Shown: one piece after another, positions 61,420 through 64,000 of the stretch
Layout of the letters: each line of letters opens with the position of its first letter
Position numbering within the stretch: position 1 is the stretch's first letter
Assembly (NCBI GenBank): GCA_018402235.1
Contig: JAGYJJ010000004.1
Coordinates: 329,256-393,255 of the forward strand
Direction of reading: 5' to 3'
From: Candidatus Nanopelagicales bacterium
GTDB lineage: Bacteria > Actinomycetota > Actinomycetes > S36-B12
DNA: 64,000 bases
Position numbers and translations under genes: made by a program
The notes under the pieces: generated by a model
Databases searched by the model: none
What the model was told of the DNA's origin: nothing
What the model saw: the letters and a program-made list of their open reading frames with translations, nothing else

Positions 61420-64000
61420 ATGTATCAGCCCGTGCCCGCGCAGATCGATCTGCCGGCCATGGAGCATCGGATTCTGCAATTGTGGGACAGCGAATCGGTG
61501 TTCAAGCGCTCCGTCAGCCAGGCGAGTGGGCGTCCATTGTGGACTTTCTATGAGGGTCCGCCGACTGCTAACGGCACCCCGGGTGCCCATCACGTCGAGG
61601 CCCGCGTCTTTAAGGACATCTTTCCTCGCTACCGCACCATGAAGGGGTACTTCGTTCCCCGCCAAGCAGGCTGGGACTGCCATGGCCTGCCGGTGGAATT
61701 GGCAGTGGAACGCGAACTCGGCTTCAGCGGTAAGCAGGACATCGAGGAATATGGAATCGCGGAATTCAATGCCAAGTGCCGCGAATCCGTACTCCGACAC
61801 GTCGATGAGTTCACGCAGATGAGCGAGCGCATGGGTTTTTGGGTCGACACCGACGCTGCCTACTGGACGATGAACCCCGAGTACATCGAAAGCGTCTGGT
61901 GGTCGCTGAAAACCATTTTTGACAAGGGGCTTTTGGTTCAAGACCATCGCGTAGCCCCGTACTGCCCACGGTGCGGTACGGGACTGAGCGATCACGAGTT
62001 GGCGCAGGGATACGAGACGGTGGTGGACCCATCGGTATACGTGCGCTTTCCAGTCACCTCCGGAACCTTGGTCGAACGCTTCCCCGGGATCTCATTGCTT
62101 GTGTGGACGACAACCCCGTGGACGCTGGTTTCAAATACGGCGGTAGCGGTGAAGCCCGACGCCACGTACGCAGTGGTTCGGGCCGCCAGTGAGACCCTCA
62201 TCGTTGCCGAGGAACTCATCGAACACGTTTTCCCGGATGCGACCGTAGAAATCCTCGAACGCTTCTTGGGGAAGGAACTGGAGCGGACCGGGTATGCGCG
62301 GCCATTCGAATTGATCGACATTCCCGACGCTCACTTCGTGATCCTGGCCGACTACGTCACGACCGACGACGGAACCGGTCTGGTGCACCAGGCGCCTGCT
62401 TTCGGTGCCGACGACTTGGTGAGCTGTCGGGCCTACGGCTTACCGGTGGTAAATCCGATCGCCGCAGATGGACACTTCATCGACTCGGTCCCGCTGGTGG
62501 GTGGACAGTTCTTCAAGAAGGCCGACGAGACCTTGACGCAGGACCTCAAGGATCGCGGGCTGCTGTTTCGCCGAGACCCGTACGAACACGCCTACCCCCA
62601 TTGTTGGCGATGCCACACTCCACTTCTTTACTACGCACAACCATCCTGGTACATCAAGACCACGGCGAAAAAGGATGAGCTGCTAGAGCAAAACGAACGC
62701 ACGAACTGGTATCCCCCGAACATTAAATGGGGACGCTACGGCGATTGGTTGACCAACAACGTCGACTGGGCACTTTCGCGGAATCGTTATTGGGGGACCC
62801 CCCTACCAATTTGGCGCTGCCCCGACGAGCATCTAACGGCTATCGGTTCACTAACCGAGTTGTCCGAACTGTCCGGCACCGACGTCAGTGCAGTAGATCC
62901 CCACCGCCCCTACGTGGACGACATCACGATCACGTGCCCTACCTGCCACCAGGAGGCCAGGCGGGTCCCCGAGGTGATCGACTGCTGGTACGACTCCGGT
63001 GCCATGCCTTTCGCAGCGTTGGGGTACCCCCACCAAAATGTCGACTCCTTCCACGAGCGCTACCCAGCCGACTTCATCTGTGAGGCAATCGACCAAACAC
63101 GCGGATGGTTCTACTCGCTCATGGCTATCGGGACGCTCGTTTTCGACCAGTCTTCCTACAAGAATGTGGTCTGCTTGGGCCACATACTTGATGAAGATGG
63201 TCGCAAAATGAGTAAGCACCTGGGCAACGTGCTTGAGCCCATTCCACTGATGGATGATCACGGTGCCGATGCGGTTCGCTGGTTCATGTTGGCATCCGGA
63301 TCACCTTGGCAAGCCCGACGCGTTGGACATAGTGCCATTGCTGATGTGGTTCGACGGACACTTCTCACGTACTGGAACACCGTGTCTTTTCAGTCTCTGT
63401 ATGCCCGAACTGCCGGGTGGCAACCAACCGATGGCGCGCCTCCGATCAAAGACCGACCACTCATTGATCAGTGGCTACTTTCGGAATCTCACCGTCTCGC
63501 CCGCGATGTGGACGATGCACTCGAGAATTTCGACACTCAGCGCGGCGGGCGGATTCTTTCGGCGTTCATCGACGATCTGTCGAACTGGTACGTACGACGA
63601 TCACGTCGACGCTTCTGGGATGGGGATCCGGCTGCGTTGGCGACGCTGCATGAGGCGCTGCGCATCGTGACGTTGTGCATGGCGCCCTACACACCCTTCA
63701 TCACCGAGCAGGTCTGGCAGGACCTCTTTCGCTCCACCGACGTGGATGCGCCGGAGTCCGTCCACCTGGCTTCCTGGCCGGCCGCTGATCCCGAAGTGAT
63801 CGACCCCCAACTGAGCGAGCAGATGGCCTTGACTCGTCGAGTGGTTGAACTCGGTAGAGCGGCTCGCGCCAGCAGCAGTGTTCGCACTCGCCAACCCCTA
63901 GGGCGTGCGTTGATCTCTGCTCCTGGGTGGTCGGATCTGCCATCCGAACTCGTCACCGAGGTCGCCGAGGAACTCAACGTTCGATCAGTGGAGCCCCTCG
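61420..64000 (+). CDS. ileS: isoleucine--tRNA ligase, 3' end beyond window
   Basis: Not in the ORF track (open to the window edge). My translation from ATG 61420 (GGAGG 5 nt upstream) gives MYQPVPAQIDLPAMEHRILQLWDSESVFKRS...PPTANGTPGAHHV...GWDCHGLPVE...EDGRKMSKHLGN...; 860 codons with no stop. Confidence 0.95.
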   Translation, partial: MYQPVPAQIDLPAMEHRILQLWDSESVFKRSVSQASGRPLWTFYEGPPTANGTPGAHHVEARVFKDIFPRYRTMKGYFVPRQAGWDCHGLPVELAVERELGFSGKQDIEEYGIAEFNAKCRESVLRHVDEFTQMSERMGFWVDTDAAYWTMNPEYIESVWWSLKTIFDKGLLVQDHRVAPYCPRCGTGLSDHELAQGYETVVDPSVYVRFPVTSGTLVERFPGISLLVWTTTPWTLVSNTAVAVKPDATYAVVRAASETLIVAEELIEHVFPDATVEILERFLGKELERTGYARPFELIDIPDAHFVILADYVTTDDGTGLVHQAPAFGADDLVSCRAYGLPVVNPIAADGHFIDSVPLVGGQFFKKADETLTQDLKDRGLLFRRDPYEHAYPHCWRCHTPLLYYAQPSWYIKTTAKKDELLEQNERTNWYPPNIKWGRYGDWLTNNVDWALSRNRYWGTPLPIWRCPDEHLTAIGSLTELSELSGTDVSAVDPHRPYVDDITITCPTCHQEARRVPEVIDCWYDSGAMPFAALGYPHQNVDSFHERYPADFICEAIDQTRGWFYSLMAIGTLVFDQSSYKNVVCLGHILDEDGRKMSKHLGNVLEPIPLMDDHGADAVRWFMLASGSPWQARRVGHSAIADVVRRTLLTYWNTVSFQSLYARTAGWQPTDGAPPIKDRPLIDQWLLSESHRLARDVDDALENFDTQRGGRILSAFIDDLSNWYVRRSRRRFWDGDPAALATLHEALRIVTLCMAPYTPFITEQVWQDLFRSTDVDAPESVHLASWPAADPEVIDPQLSEQMALTRRVVELGRAARASSSVRTRQPLGRALISAPGWSDLPSELVTEVAEELNVRSVEPL

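Noticed and set aside
1-64000. A search for mobile elements, genomic-island borders, tRNA or rRNA genes, toxin-antitoxin pairs or defence systems.
   Set aside because: No transposase, integrase, phage or restriction-like ORFs were found, and no tRNA-like or inverted terminal repeat structures. Composition is uniform and core-genome synteny is uninterrupted, so the window looks like conserved backbone.

Overview
This is a 64-kb core chromosomal segment of about 60% G+C, with Actinobacteria (Micrococcales-like) gene order. All calls rest on reading the translations and the sequence directly; no database search was run.

About 60 genes are present. All but six lie on the minus strand, and many are translationally coupled by 1-, 4- or 8-nt stop/start overlaps. 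By coordinate the layout is:
- TrmH-family methyltransferase (truncated at the edge), rplT, rpmI, infC
- DUF1844, SseB and MFS genes
- hisG-hisE
- ribH-ribBA-ribE-ribD-rpe
- an IMPase-family gene
- rsmB-fmt-def-priA-metK-coaBC-rpoZ-gmk-mihF
- pyrF-pyrD-pyrK-carB-carA-(PH-like membrane protein)-pyrC-pyrB-pyrR, with a PyrR-binding leader
- a MEKHLA protein, pyk, gltD-gltB, lgt, a DsbA-like gene
- trpA-trpB-trpC, DUF2752, a two-component system, an HGxxPAAW protein, the Trp-associated membrane protein, trpE
- hisI-hisF-hisA-DUF5946-hisH-hisB-hisC-hisD
- a Lon-N protein, ybaK, dnaE, rluD-lspA, a DksA/TraR-like gene
- divergent ileS, which runs off the window

No rRNA, tRNA, CRISPR, transposase, integrase or phage genes were seen.

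The ORF track omits the two edge-open genes (TrmH, ileS). It also reports the longest possible start and writes GTG/TTG starts as M, so many starts were trimmed here.

Main observations:
1. Nine single-base frameshifts outside repeats hit ribBA (twice), ribD, carA, a dsbA-like gene, hisF, hisA, hisH and hisC. All large housekeeping genes are intact. This is either real decay of histidine and riboflavin biosynthesis or localized assembly error.
2. A 33-bp tandem repeat encodes a Lys/Ala/Pro-rich tail upstream of the DksA/TraR zinc finger. Its frame is broken three times.
3. There are perfect short tandem repeats inside coaBC and directly upstream of dnaE.
4. infC uses a non-canonical ATC start.
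5. Uncharacterised genes (DUF5946, MEKHLA, a PH-like membrane protein) are embedded in biosynthetic operons.

I did not find a convincing novel multi-gene system (defence, mobile or secondary metabolism) in this window.
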